NCBI RefSeq assembly: GCF_963921235.1
Contig: NC_086097.1
Span: 62,808,001 to 62,872,000, forward strand
DNA: 64,000 nucleotides
Source of the DNA: Mobula hypostoma
Lineage: Eukaryota
Direction: 5' to 3'
The notes below the pieces were generated by a model. That model ran no database searches and was not told the DNA's origin. It saw only the letters and a program-made list of their open reading frames with translations. The stretch's first letter is position 1, and every line of letters starts with the position of its first letter. The position numbers and the translations under genes are program-made. Shown piece by piece: positions 10,815 to 23,681 of the stretch.

Positions 10815-13800
10815 GGTAGAAGGGCCTCTTCTCAAAGATCCTCTCTCTCACTTCTCCTTCACTGTGCTCTCTTTCACTGCTCCCCTGCTGCTCTCCAACT
10901 CTTTGACCACGTGCTTACCCAGACCCACTACTACAGCCACGTATCCTTTCTGGGAACATGTCTTCGCCACCAACTTGTACCACACGGTTTCCAGATTCGT
11001 TTTCAAGCTTCTCAATTTGGATCCTCTGAGGACCCCAGGTACTGTTTCTCCACCTGCTTCTCCCACTGCGTTCTACGCACCACACTTTCCGCCATGAAGT
11101 GGTACCTGGTGTCCCTGTCACAGTCACTTCCACAACTCCGGGATTCTCTCTTTGCCTGTAATGGACCTGTACACTAATTTATGCTCCGCCGGATCCACAC
11201 TTTCAATTGCCGGTTCTTTGACTTTCTCACGTCCTGCAAAGATTTGAAGATCACCTGTCCAGAGACACAGAACCTGCTGACTCCTACACCGGCAGGCTCA
11301 GACGTCTCCAGACCGCAATCCCTGCTGCTGATCTCAATGGCTCTAACAATCCTGAACAGACTCAAATCCCGGACTCCACAGCCATCAACGCGGGTTCCAA
11401 TGACCTCGGACACCTCCAAAGTGCCGATTGCACAACCTCCAACTCCGACTCCAGTCTTGACCTTCAGATGGGGTCTTTACACGCTGCCACTGGCACCCCC
11501 ATCTCCCCTTCCCCCACCGCCACTCCACAATCCTATCTCTCTCAGGTCCCACCATCACCACCCGGGTCCTCGGAAACTCTATCTTCCTCTCACCCCACCA
11601 TCCCTGAACACTCCAAACCTCCCTGCTCCTCAGACACCACCAACCCCATTCCCCCCTCTGATTGCAGCTCTCGTCCATGCTGGGTTTCCACCATTCCCTC
11701 TGACCTTCCCCTCTCTGAGACAGAACGTTCTGTCCTCAGTAAGGGCCTCACTATTGTTCTCCTGCCCACACCTCAGTGAGTTCCACTGAGATCTTCTTCC
11801 ACCACCTCCGTCTCTGAGTCTATTTCTTTGGCAAGGACTCCCCACCCTGCACCAATCACCCTTTCTCCCATCTTCAACCCTCCTCCTCTTCCTGGACAAT
11901 CTACCCTGGCCTTATGCCTGCTCTGGACCTTTTCATTGCTGACTGCCAATGGGACATTTACCATCTGGGCATCCTCTCTCCAGTTCCAACCTGACTCCTT
12001 CTGAACGCTCAGCTCTCCTCTCCCTTCGCACCAATCTTAACCTCACCCTCAAACCCACAGGTAGGGGAGGTGCTGTACTAGTCTGGCGTACTGACCTTCT
12101 CCTTGCTGAGGCCCAACACCAACTCTCAGACACCTCCTCTTACCCCTCAAGCAGGACCCCACTAAGAATCACCAGGCCATTGTCTCCCACAACATCACCA
12201 ATCTCACTGACCCTGGGGATCTCCCATCCACTGCCACCAACCTCATAGTTCCCACACCTGCCCCTCCTGTTTGTACCACCTACCCAAAACCCACAAACCT
12301 GCTTGTCCAGGTAGACCCATTGTTTCAGCTTGTTCCTGCCCCACTGAACTCATATCGGCATACCTCAACTCAGTTTTATCCCCCCCGACCCCGGTTCAGT
12401 CCCTTCCCACCTACATCTGTGACAGCTCATTTTCAAGGATTTCAGGCTCTTTGGCCCCCATCATCTTGTTTCTACTATGGGTGTCCAGTCCCTATACACC
12501 TCCAAACTCCACCAGGAAGGCCTCAAAGCTCTCCATTTCTTTCTGGACACAAACCAATTCCCCTCCTCCACTGAGCAGAACGTTCTCGCTCTAAATAAAT
12601 TCTCCTTTGGGTCCTCCCACTTCCTTCAAACAAAAGGGGTAGCCATGGGAACTCGCATGGCTCCCAGCTATGCCTGTCTGTTTGTTGGCTACGTGGAACG
12701 GTTTATGTTGCAAGACTGCATTGGTGACCATTCTGCTCTTTTCCTATCCTACATTGATGACTGCATTGGTGCTCTTTCCTGCACCCATGCTGAGCTTGTC
12801 GATTTCATCCACTTTGCCTCCAACTTCCACCCAGCCCTCAAATTCACCTGGTCCATTTTTGACACTTCCCTTCCTTTTCTAGATCTCACTGTCTCTATTT
12901 CCGGAGACAGCTTATCCACCACTAGGTATTATGAACCAACAGATTCTCACAGCTACCTGGACCATACCACATCCCACCCTGCTACTTGTAAAAACACCAT
13001 CCTCCTCTCTCATTTCCTCCATCTCTGCTGCATCTGCTCTCAGGGTGAAGTTTTTCATTCTAGAATGAAGGAGATGTCCTCCTTTTTCAAAGAGGCTTCC
13101 CTGCCTCCACCATCAGCGCTGCCCTCAACTGCATCTCTTTCATTTCACACACGTCTGCTCTTACCCCATCCTCCCTCCACGTTACCGGGGATAGGGTTCC
13201 TCTTGTCCTCACCTCCCACCCCACCAGCCTCGGCGTCCAGCACATAATTTTCCAAAACTTCCGCCACCTCCAACTGGATCCCACCACCAAACATGTCTTT
13301 CCCTCCCCAACCCTCACGTTCTCCTTTCCGCAGGGATCGGTTCCTATGCGACTCCCTTGCCCATTCATCACTCTCCACTGATTTCCCTCTTGGCACTTAT
13401 CCTTGCAAGCAGAACAAGAGCTTCTCCTGCCCCGACATCTCCTCCCTCACTAGGATTTAGGGTCAGAAACAGTCCTTCCAGGTGAGGTGGCACTTCACCT
13501 GTGAACCTGTTGTGGCCATTTACTGTGTTCAGTGCTCCTGTTGTGGCCTCTTGTATATAGGTGAGACCCGACGCAGATTGGGACTCCGCTTCACCGAGCA
13601 TCTGCGCTCCATCCGCCGGAGCAAGTGAGATCTCCTAGTGGTCACCCATTTTAATTCCACTTCCCATGTCCCATTCCCATTCCGATATGTCTATCCATGG
13701 CCTCCTCCACTGTCGGGACAAGGTCACATTTAGGTTGGAGGAACAACACCTTATATTCCGTTTGGATGGCATCCCACCTGATGGCATGGACATCAATTTC

Positions 13801-14177
13801 TCAAACTTCCAGTGATGCCTCCACCCACCCCCCACCCCTTCATTTCCCATCCCCTTGTCCCTCTCTCATGTTATGTCCTTGCCTGCCCATTGCCTCCCTC
13901 TGGTGCTCCTTCCCTGCGCCCCCCCTTTCTTCTTTCTTCCATGGCCTTCTGTCTCTTTTACCAATCAACTTCCTAGCTTTTTGCTTCATCCTTCCCCCTC
14001 CAAGTCTCACCTATCACCTGTCGTTTCTCTCTCCCCTCCCCCCATCTTTCAAATCTACTCCTCAGCGTTTTTTCTACAGACCTGCCGAAGGGTTTCAGCA
14101 CAAAAGGTTGACTGTACTTTATTCAATAGGTGCTGCCTGACCTGCTGAGTTCCTACAGCATTTTGTGTGTATTGCTC
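10815..14177 (+). mobile_element. Near full-length Penelope-like element, Neptune-type (RT + Cys-rich linker + GIY-YIG endonuclease), frameshifted
   Basis: N-terminal HVSFLGTCLRHQLVPHGF. RT motifs GRPIVS, VQSLYT, QTKGVAMGTRMAPSYA, YIDD. Linker GTYPCK..SCP at ~13392. GIY-YIG AIYCVQCSCCGLLYIGETRRRL at ~13515-13580. Decayed hammerhead at 14077-14114. Confidence 0.95.
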
Positions 14178-14529
14178 CTATTTTTAAGTCTTATACTTGT
14201 TCACTAATTTGGTGACTTTAACTCTCTTAAATAAAACTGATTCCCTCTTCCTAACATGTTGCATTTTCTGCCACTCTACTCTTCCTTCTCAGTTACACTA
14301 TTCCTACTCAATCTTGTATGAGGACAACAGCTCTATTAGAAGGCAAAAAATAAGATATAGAACAGAACAGTATTTAATCTATCATCAGTTCCACAAAATA
14401 CTAGGATCACTCTTGAAACATGGTTCTTCAATGTTGATTTAACACACAAACAGGTCTCTCCAATGCCCTCTGGACGAAGGCTAATACAAAGGAATGAATG
14501 GATACTTGTTGCCACTATATCACAGGTGG

Positions 14530-14782
14530 GGAGCCTTTGGTTTAGCAGTTAGTGTAACGCTAGTGCAGCTTCAGCGACCTGGGTTCAGATCTGCTGCTGT
14601 CTGTCTGTAAGCTTGTATGTTTCCCAGTGACTGTATGGCCTTCCTCTGACCGCTCCAGTTTTCTGCCACTTCCTAAAGACAGGTGGACAGGTCGGCTAAT
14701 TGATCACATGGGGGTAATTGGAGGATGTGGTCTCGTTGAACCAGAAGGATCTGTTATTACACTGCATCTCTAAATAAAATAA
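14530..14782 (+). mobile_element. tRNA-derived V-SINE (HE1-like), decayed
   Basis: B-box-like GGGTTCAGATC, V-domain-like 'tgtatgtttcccagtgactgtatggccttcctctgaccgctccagttttctgccacttcctaaagac', CR1-like tail ending in (TAAAA)n. Confidence 0.65.
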
Positions 14783-14789
14783 GATTCTG

Positions 14790-17700
14790 AAATCAATGCA
14801 AAATGAAGTGATGTCCGTTACTGGGCATTAACTCAGCTAATATTTTATGTGCTTCAAGGACCCATATTAACTTACAGCAGCCCATTATCCTGCAGAGCAA
14901 AAAAGGGAAGGCCGGAGCCATCTGCATATGTGGGGATTTCAAGGTGAGCATCAACCCTGTGCTGCGTACTGTGCAGTATCCTCTGCCACGAATAAAAGAC
15001 ATTTTTGCGTCTTTGGCAGGTGGGGAGAGGTTTTCAAAGTTTGACTTGTCGCACGCCTATTTGCAAATGGAGACTGAGGAGTCAAGTAGCAAGTTCCTCA
15101 CAATCCACATTCTCAAGAGACGGTTCCAGTATAATTGTCTCATCTTTGGTGTCGGATCAGCTCCAGCAATTTGGCAAAGAGCAATGGATCAAGTGCTCCA
15201 AGACATCTCAGGAACATAATGTTACATTGATGACATCAGTGTGACTGGAAGAAATGATGGCAAGCGCCTCCAGAACCTTGGTAAAGTGCTCACCAGGCTG
15301 AGTGAGTATAGTCTGCATGCAAAGAGAGACAAACGTGAGTTCTTCAAGAATTAAATCTCATATTGTGGACATGTTTTTGATAAGCATGGCTTACGTAACC
15401 TGCAAGAGAAGACTGAAGCAGTGCTACAGGCAGCCATTCTGGAAAATGTGTCACAACTCCACTCATACTTGGGCCTGGTAAATTACTACCATCAGTTTCT
15501 CCCAAACATTGCTACAGTGCTGCATCCATTTAATGCACTATTACATACAGAAGCAAAGCGGGGATGGTCAGAAAGATGAGAAAAAGCATTCAAGGAAACA
15601 GAGACTAATAACAATAAATGAACTGCTCACCCATTATGACCCATCCCTGCCCATCAAACTAGCGTGCGATACATCCCCTTATGGCATTGGAGCCATTTTG
15701 TCACATATTATGAAAGATGGATCTGAATGTCCAATTGCATTTGCTTCAAGATCACTAACGAGCACAGAACACAACAACACACGGATCGACTGAGAGGCTC
15801 TTAGTCTAGTATGGGGAGTAAAGAAGTTCTACCACTACCTCTATGGACAAAAGTTTACGCTAGTGACAGATCACCAGCCCCTTGTGTCAATTTTCAATTC
15901 CAGGATAGAATTCCATTGATGACTGCTACCTGGTTATGATGTTGGGCGTTATTTTATTGTCGCCAAACAATTGATACTAGAATGTACAATCATCACAGCG
16001 ATATTTGATTCTGCGCTTCCCACTCCCTGGAGTACAAATCAATAGTAAATATTAAACATTTAAATTATAAATCATAAATAGAAAATAGAAAATGGAAAGT
16101 AAGGTAGTGCAAAAAAAACCGAGAGGCAGGTCCGGATATTTGGAGGGTACGGCCCAGATCCGGGTCAGGATCCGTTCAGCAGTCTTATCACAGTTGGAAA
16201 GAAACTGTTCCCAAATCTGGCCGTACGAGTCTTCAAGCTCCTGAGCCTTCTCCCGGAGGGAAGAGGGACGAAAAGTGTGTTGGCTGGGTGGGTCGTGTCC
16301 TTGATTATCTTGGCAGCACTGCTCCGACAGTGTGCGGTGTAGAGTAAGTCCAAGGATGGAAGATTGGTTTGTGTGATGTGCTGTGCCGTGTTCACATAGA
16401 GTTCAAGGGTACTAAACAACACAGCAACACTGATGGCTTGTCACATCTTCCACTACTGGCAACTGAAGAAGAAAAGTCTTCACACAGCATTGGTGGACCA
16501 GTTGCTGGTAACAAATTCTGAAATCCAAATGGAAACAAGGAATGACCTGATATTGTCAAAAGTCTATGAAATCATCATGCAAGCTTGGCCAGCTCTTGGT
16601 AACCCTATTTTTCCGAAGTTTACAGTGAGATGAGACCAACAGTCTGTACATAAAAGAACACTTTGTGGATCTCATGTTGTGGTTCCCTCTAAATTGCGCA
16701 CCAGAGTGTTAGAAAATCTGCATGAAGGACCCCTGGGTACAGTCAAGATGAAGAGTCTCACCCAGAGCTATGTGTGGTGGCTGGGAATAGATGAACAGGT
16801 TGGAAACTTGGCAAAAGCTGTTCGGGAAGCCAAAACGTTCAAAATGCACCCCAAAGTTACTGTTACACCCGTGGGAGTGGCCGTCTTCACCATGGCAAAG
16901 AGTACATATTGACTTTGCTGGACCCCTCGTGGACTCCATGCTTCTGATTGCTGTGGATACTCATTCAAAGTAGCTGGAGGTCATACTAATGAAGTCATCC
17001 ACCTCAGCAAAGACTGTCTCCACTCTGAGGACTATCTTCACCAGAAATGGCTTACCCGAACAAATTGTGAGTGACAACAGACCACAATACAGGTCAGAAG
17101 AATTCCAACTGTTCATGAGGAAAAATGGAATCAGACATTTCAAGTCAGCTCCTCAGCACCCAGAAATGAATGAGTTAGCTGAAAGGTTTATCCAAACATT
17201 CAAGAAGTCATTAAAGCGATGGACAAGGAGGACATTCCTCTACGTCACAAGGTGGGCAACTTCCTTTCTGTGTATCAGAACTCTGTTCATACGACAAGAA
17301 ATCAAACACCTGCAATGCTGTTCATGAGCAGGAATCTGAGATTTCGCACAGACCTCCTGAAACCAGACCTCTGGAGGGAAGTGCAGAAAAAACAGTTCAA
17401 CCAGTTGCCAAGTGAAGCAGCAAGGATCTTTGAGGTTGGACAGGAAGTCCTTGCGTTTGATTACTGAGAAGAAAAGTGGACACAGGGTAGGATAGCTACA
17501 AGAATTGGACCACTGATGTACACAGTTGATGTTGGAGATCATACATGGAGATGTTATGTGGACTAGATACAGGATACTCAACCGAAGAACACACCAGAGT
17601 CGACTGCATCCAACAAGACGGACATATTACAGTCACTGGACTTACTTCCCAGTGATGATGTCACTGACAGCAGCAAGACACCTACCAAACTTGATACCTC

Positions 17701-18075
17701 TCTACAGGTCCAGAACCACTATCCTGAAAGAAACAGAGCACCACCCAAAAGATTGAACCTTTAAATGTGTGAAGTTAGTTATGGACTGTTACTGTGAAAG
17801 CATGTTTATTTGGAATATAGGCTTATGAAAGGGAAATTGAATATTTTGTACATATTTAGTTTTACGTTCCATTAATATAAAGGGGGAGGAAGTGTATTGT
17901 ATGGATCTATTTCTTTTAGAGCAATGAAACCCCCTGCCCTTAGCACTACATATAGATTGGTTGTCTGTGCATGTACATTGTTCTCTCTCTCACCACAATG
18001 TGAATACACCAGTTAAAACAATCCCCCCAAGCATGCTTTCATTTAATCAATATGTAGTTCTGCACAGACACAGCA
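14790..18075 (+). mobile_element. Gypsy LTR retrotransposon, 5'-truncated pol (RT-RNaseH-integrase) with PPT and 3' LTR; inactivated
   Basis: ICGDFKVSINP, FSKFDLSHAY, YIDDI, LACDTSPYGIGA, HPWEWPSSPWQRVHIDFAGP, IVSDN..SAPQHP. PPT AAGGGGGAGGAAG at ~17880-17892. LTR TGTATTGT...ACACAGCA at 17893-18075. Confidence 0.92.
15953..16396 (-). mobile_element. Rex1/Babar-type LINE 3' end inserted in Gypsy RNase H
   Basis: KIIKDTTHPANTLFVPLPSGRRLRSLKTRTARFGNSFFPTVIRLLN. Gypsy pol resumes at IEFKGTKQH. Confidence 0.9.
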
Positions 18076-18398
18076 AGTATGTTCTGCTGTTCTTGCCTGC
18101 CTTGAATTTCTAAAATTATTTTTTGAGTGTGTGTCAATGAGACTAGAGAAATGATTATTCTTTGTTATCAAAGATCAATATGTCTCATTGATATAGTTGT
18201 ACTGAAGTCCTAGATGATATTGTTCTGCATCACAGTCAGCTTTCTCCAACCTTTCATCAGTATTTAACTAATACACAGAAGTCATCTCAATGGGCACAAC
18301 ATCAGTGACTCTGGTGTATTTGACAAGAATCGTGTTTACAGTTCTTTTGCAGAGAACGTTAGATGAATATTCCCAATTACAATGTCTACCTATGGACC

Positions 18399-18587
18399 TG
18401 CTTTCATGCCTTACAAGGCGCAGATCGGAAGTCTGTGTGGGGCGCCACTCCTCACACAGGACACTAGGGCAATATGTGGTTAAGTGCCTTTCTCAAGGAC
18501 ACAAACACGCTGCCACAGCTGAGGCTAGAACTAGCGACCTTCAGGTCACTAGACGAATGCCTTAACCACTTAGCCACGTGCCCAACA
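18399..18587 (-). mobile_element. tRNA-derived SINE with a CORE-like segment
   Basis: A-box TGGCTAAGTGG, B-box-like GTTCTAGCC, 'gtgtccttgagaaaggcacttaacc'. A second copy lies at 22783-23681. Confidence 0.8.
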
Positions 18588-18721
18588 CAATAAACTATAA
18601 ATTTTTTAAACCACTCTCAATTTTCCTGTGAGAACACAATAAAAATAAACTCTAACACTGCAAGATGCTGCAACAGTGACTGTTTGCACTAGTTTATTTG
18701 AATGTGTGTCCAAATTTACAG

Positions 18722-19225
18722 TAAGTTCAAGTTCAAGCTTATTGTCAGCTGACTATATATACAACTAAATGGAACAGTGCTCCTCCGGAGTATGATGCAT
18801 CCACGCAACATATATCACACACAGCACATAAACTGAAAAATTATAATATAAATAAGTCAATAAAATATAATTCAGATAGTTCTAGTCCTGACGTTCCCGT
18901 ACCTCCTTCCTGACAGTAGTCGGCCAAAGAGACTGTGGGATGAGTGCCAGGAATTATCAACAATGCTTTCAGCCCTTCATCTGCAACACTCCAGTAAATG
19001 TCACAAGTGGGGGGAAGGGAGACCCAGTCATCATCGCGGTGGTTTTTACTGTTCTCTGTAGCGTCTTGCAGCCTGATCCCTCGCAGCTTCCGTACCAGAC
19101 AATGATGCGGCCAGTCACTGCACTGATGATGGTGCTCCCATGGAAAGATGCTAGAACAGGGCCGGTACCTTTGTGCAGCTCAGTCTCTTCAGAAAATGTA
19201 GATACGGCTGTGCCTTCTTGAGTAG
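18722..19225 (-). mobile_element. Rex1/Babar-type LINE 3' fragment
   Basis: Minus strand encodes RHSRIYIF.. and LLSGRRYG-like motifs; GAACTT-repeat tail at ~18723. Confidence 0.65.
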
Positions 19226-20487
19226 TGCTCTAATATCCCAAACAGCACAGGCAGAACTACCTCTGCAAATGAAATAGCTTTTTGTGATGCTACCAAATCT
19301 AGTAGTGTGCAACCCACCTTAGCAATATAATAAGAACATAAGAAATAGGAGCAAGAGTAGAACATCTGGCCTATCAAACTTGCTCCACCATTCAATAAGA
19401 TCATGGCTGATCAGCCCATGGACTCATCTCCACCTATCTGCCTTTTCCCCATAACCCTTAATTTCCCTACTATGCAACAATCTATCCAACCTTGTCTTAA
19501 ATATATTTACTGAAGTAGCCTCCGCTGCTTCACTGGGCAGAGAATTCTACAGATTCACCACTCTCTGGGAAAAGCAGTACCTCCTCATCTCCATCCTAAC
19601 AATAGTTCCCCGAATCTTGTGGCTATGTCCTCTAGTTCTAGTCTACCATACCAGTGGAAACAACTTTCCTGCCTCTATCTTATCTATCCCTTTCATAATT
19701 TTATATGTTTCTATAAGATCTTCTCTCGTTCTTCTGAATTCCTGCGATCACGGTCCCAGGCAACTCAATCTCTCCTCATAATCTAACCCCCTCTTCGCTG
19801 GTATCAACCTGATAAACCTCCTCTGTACCATCTCCAAAGCCAGTATATCATTCTTCAAGTAAGGAAACCAGAACTGCATGCAATACTCCAGGTGAGGCCT
19901 CACCACTACCCTGTACAGTTGCAGCATAACCTCCCTGCTCTTAAATTCAATCCCTCTAGCAATGAAGGCCAATGTTCCATTTGCCTTCTTGATAGCCTGC
20001 TGAACCTGCAAACCAACCTTTTGTGATTCATGCACAAGCACTCCCAATTCCCTCTGCACAACAGTTTGCTGCAATTTTTATCATTTAAATAATCTGTTCT
20101 TTCATTTTTCCTACCAAAGTGGATGACCTCGCATATACCAACATTGTGCTCCATCTGCCAGATCCTTGCCCATTCATTTAACCTATCTATACCTCTCTGC
20201 AGACTCTCCATATCTTCTGCACAATTTGTTTTTCCACTGAATTTAGTATCATCAGCAAACTAAGATACATTACACTCGGCCCCATCTTACTGATCGTTAA
20301 TGTATATTGTGAACAGTTACAGGCCCAGCACTGACCCCTACCTCATACCACTCACCACTGATTGCCAACCAGAGTAACACACATGTATCCCAGCAGTCTG
20401 GTTTCTATTATTTAACCAATCGTCTGTCCATGCTAATAAATCACCCCCTTATCTTGCTAATACATCACTCCCCTTTTTTTCTCCTGT

Positions 20488-21146
20488 TGGGAGAAGATCG
20501 CGGCGCGACACAGCTCGCTGCAGCCACTCCAGTGGTGATGTCTGTTAATTGTCAAGTAGGGTGCCATGCACAATCCTGATTTGATGGAGACAGACGTGAG
20601 GGCATGGAGGAACATCTGGTGAAACTTCTGAAATGCCTGCTTTGCTGCTGCTGCTACTGTGTAGTCCAGAATCTCTGGAAGAGAAGGCCCCGAGTCCTTG
20701 GCTTTGCTTGTTGCTCGGTGGCCAGGGCAGGGTCGAAGCGCTTGGCAGAGGATAGTTCTCGGAGAGGCTGTGTCAGACAGGCTGGTCAGAGGCTCGAAGT
20801 TTTCGGACATACTCAGAGTCCGCTGCAGTCAGGTACTTCCAATGGTGCTGCATCGGCAAGTTGGCGGCACTTGGAGGTTCATGGCAGGGAGAGTTCCTCC
20901 CTTCTGCCGCCTGCATGGGATGGTGAGTCTATCGGGAATTTGAAACTTTTTTTTACCATGCCCATGGTCTGCTCTTTATCAAATTATGGTATTGTTTTGC
21001 ACTGTTGTAACTATAAAATTATGTAGTTTTGTCAGTTTTAGTCTTGGTTTGTCTTGTGTTTTCTTGTGATATCTTTCTAGAGGAATGTTGTATCATTTTT
21101 TTAATGCATGCAATTCTAAATGACAGTAAATGAAACTGAACTGAAA
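20488..21146 (+). mobile_element. ~650-bp non-coding, non-autonomous retroposon (copy 1), (CTGAA)n tail
   Basis: Colinear similarity to 22885-23563 and 55205-55884; interrupts the CR1 RT. Confidence 0.8.
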
Positions 21147-22782
21147 TCTATATAATCCTTATCTTATGAATAAGTCTTTTATGTGGCACCTTATCGAACA
21201 CCTTCTGGAAATCCAAGTAAATAACGTCTATCTGTTTCCCTCTATCCACTGCACTTGTTATGTCCTCAGAGAACTTCAGTAAGTTTATTAAACAGGACCT
21301 GCCTTTGCTGAATCTATGTCGTGTCTGCCTGAGGGATCCATTTCTTTCTAGATGCCTCGCTATTTCTTCTTTAGTGATAACCTCAAGCACTTTCCCAACT
21401 ACAGATGTTAAGCTAACTGGCCTATAGTTACCTGCCTTTTGCCCACATCCTTTTTTGAACAGTGACATGACATTCGCTGTCATCCAATCTGCTGGTACCC
21501 ACCCAACTTCCAGAGAATTTTGGTAAATCATCACCGAAGCCTCTGCTATAACTTCTGCCATTTCATTCAGTATCTTGGGATGAATTCCATCAGGACCAGG
21601 GGACTTATCTATCTTCAGACCCACAAGTTTTCTCAGCACTGTCTCTTTAGTGATAGCTATTGTATCAAGGTCCTCACCTCCCATCGCATCCATAACATCT
21701 CTCTTTGTCATGTTAGATGTGTCCTCCACCGTGAAGACCAACACAAAATAGTCATTCAAAGCCTCAGCCATTTCCTCATTACCCAATATCAATTCCCCCT
21801 TCTCAGCCACAAGGGACTTACATTCACTTTAGCCACCCTTATCTGCTTTATATAATTATAAAATCTTTTACTATTCATTTTTATATTTTGTGCTAGTTTA
21901 TTTTCATAAGCGATCTTCCCTTTCTTTACTTCTCACTTAGTGGTACTTTGTTGCTTTTTAAAGTTTTCCCAATCTTCCAGTTTCCCACTACTGTTGGTGA
22001 CTTTGTATGCATGAGCTTTTAGCTTGATGCCTTCTTTAATTACCCGAGTTATCCAAGGCTGGCTCTCCCCACTCTCACTGCCCTTGCTTTTAACTGGAAT
22101 ATACTTTTGTTGAGCACCATGAAAAATCTCTTTGAAAGTCTTCCACTGATCCTCAACTGTCCTGCTATATAGCCTTTGTTCCCAGTCTATGCCAGCCAAA
22201 TCCTCGCTCATCCCATTGTAGTCTCCATTGTTTAGGCATAATACACAGGCTTTAGATTGAACTATTGTACCCTCCATTTGTATGAGAACTTCAGTCATAC
22301 TGTGATCACTGTTTCCAAGATGATCCCTAACTACAAGATCATGAATTTTACCTATTTTATTGCACAGGACCAGGTCTAAGATAGCACATTCCCTTGTAGG
22401 TTCAGTAACATGCTGTTCAAGAAAACCATCACGGATGCATTCTGTGAAGTCCTCCTCAAGACTGCCTCAACCAGTTTGATTCACCCAATCTATGTGCAAG
22501 TTAAACTCCCCCATGATAACTGTTGTTCCATTCTCATATGCTTCAGATATTTTTCTGATTATTGCCTGTACCACTGTATTGTTATTATTCGGTGTTCGAT
22601 AGACAATTCCCACCAGTGATTTTTTTCCCTTTACTGTCCCTAATCTCTTCTCAGATTGATTCAACATTCTGTTCCTTAGATCTTATATCGTGTCTCATTA
22701 TCACCCTGATCTCATCTTTGATTAAGAGCGCTACTCCACCTCCCTTACCTCCCTGCTTATCCTTCCATATTACTTGATATCC

Positions 22783-23681
22783 CTGTGGGCACATGGCCAA
22801 ATGGTTAAGGTGTTCGTCTAGCGATCTCAAGGTTGTTAGTTCGAGACTCAGCTGTGGCAGCATGTTTGTGTCCTTGAGCAAGGTGGAGGGAGGAGAAGAC
22901 AGCGGCGCGACGCAGCGCACGCGGCCGTTCCGAATGATATCGATATGTGTTAACTAGGGGGCCGTGCACAATCCTGATTTGATGGAGACAGCCATGAGAA
23001 GCACAGAGGAACACCTGGAGAAACTTCTGAAATGCCCGCTTCGCGGCCGCTGCTAATAGGCAATCGAGAATCTCCGGAGGGGAAGGCCCCAGATCCTTAG
23101 CTTTGCCTATTGCCTGTTGCCAGGGCCGGGGTCGAAGCACTCGGCAGAGATGGTGCTCAGTGCTTGGTGTCGGAGAGCTGGTCAGAGGCTCAGAGTTTTC
23201 GGTTGGGCTCGGAGTTTTCGGTTGGTCTCGGAGTCGGACTGTGGTCAGATGCTTCCAGGGTGCTGCATCGGCAAGTTTGCGGCGCTGGAGGTGTTCACCA
23301 TTTGCGTGAGATGATGGGACTTTTGAGAGACTTTGAGACTTTTACCGTGCCCATGGTCTGTTCTTATCAAATTACAGTATTGTTTTTCACTGTTGTAACT
23401 ATATGTTATAATTATGTGGGTTTTGTCAGTTTTTCAGTCCATTTGTCATGTGTTTCTGCGATATCATTCTGGAGAAACATTGTATCATTTCTTAATGCAT
23501 GCATTACTAAATGACAATAAAAAAGGACTGCGTGTCCTCATAATCTAATCTAATCTAATCTAATCACACATTGCTCTAGTGTCTGTGAGAGAGTGGCGCC
23601 CCACACAGACTTCCAATCTGTGCCTTGTAAGGCGTGAAAATGCCCGACGCAGGCCTCTCATGGAGTGAATCGATGTTCCCC
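22783..23681 (+). mobile_element. tRNA-derived SINE inserted in CR1 with 8-bp TSD TGATATCC; itself split by a ~680-bp insert
   Basis: TGATATCC at 22775-22782 and 23682-23689. The two halves match the uninterrupted copy at 18399-18587. Confidence 0.85.
22885..23563 (+). mobile_element. ~650-bp non-autonomous retroposon (copy 2), (CTAAT)n tail
   Basis: 5' GGAGGAGAAGACAGCGGCGCG; 3' TGACAATAAA-AGGACTGCGTGTCCT-(TAATC)n. Confidence 0.85.

Noticed and set aside
11181..11789. 202-aa proline-rich ORF as a host gene
   Set aside because: It is a frameshifted part of the C-rich Penelope N-terminal region.
10815..14177. Selenocysteine recoding as in some Naiad PLEs
   Set aside because: No TGA was seen at conserved Cys positions; the disruptions look like ordinary decay.
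18520..18587. tRNA gene (also 22783-22850 and 14530-14600)
   Set aside because: A/B boxes are present but there is no full cloverleaf, and the sequence continues into a SINE body.
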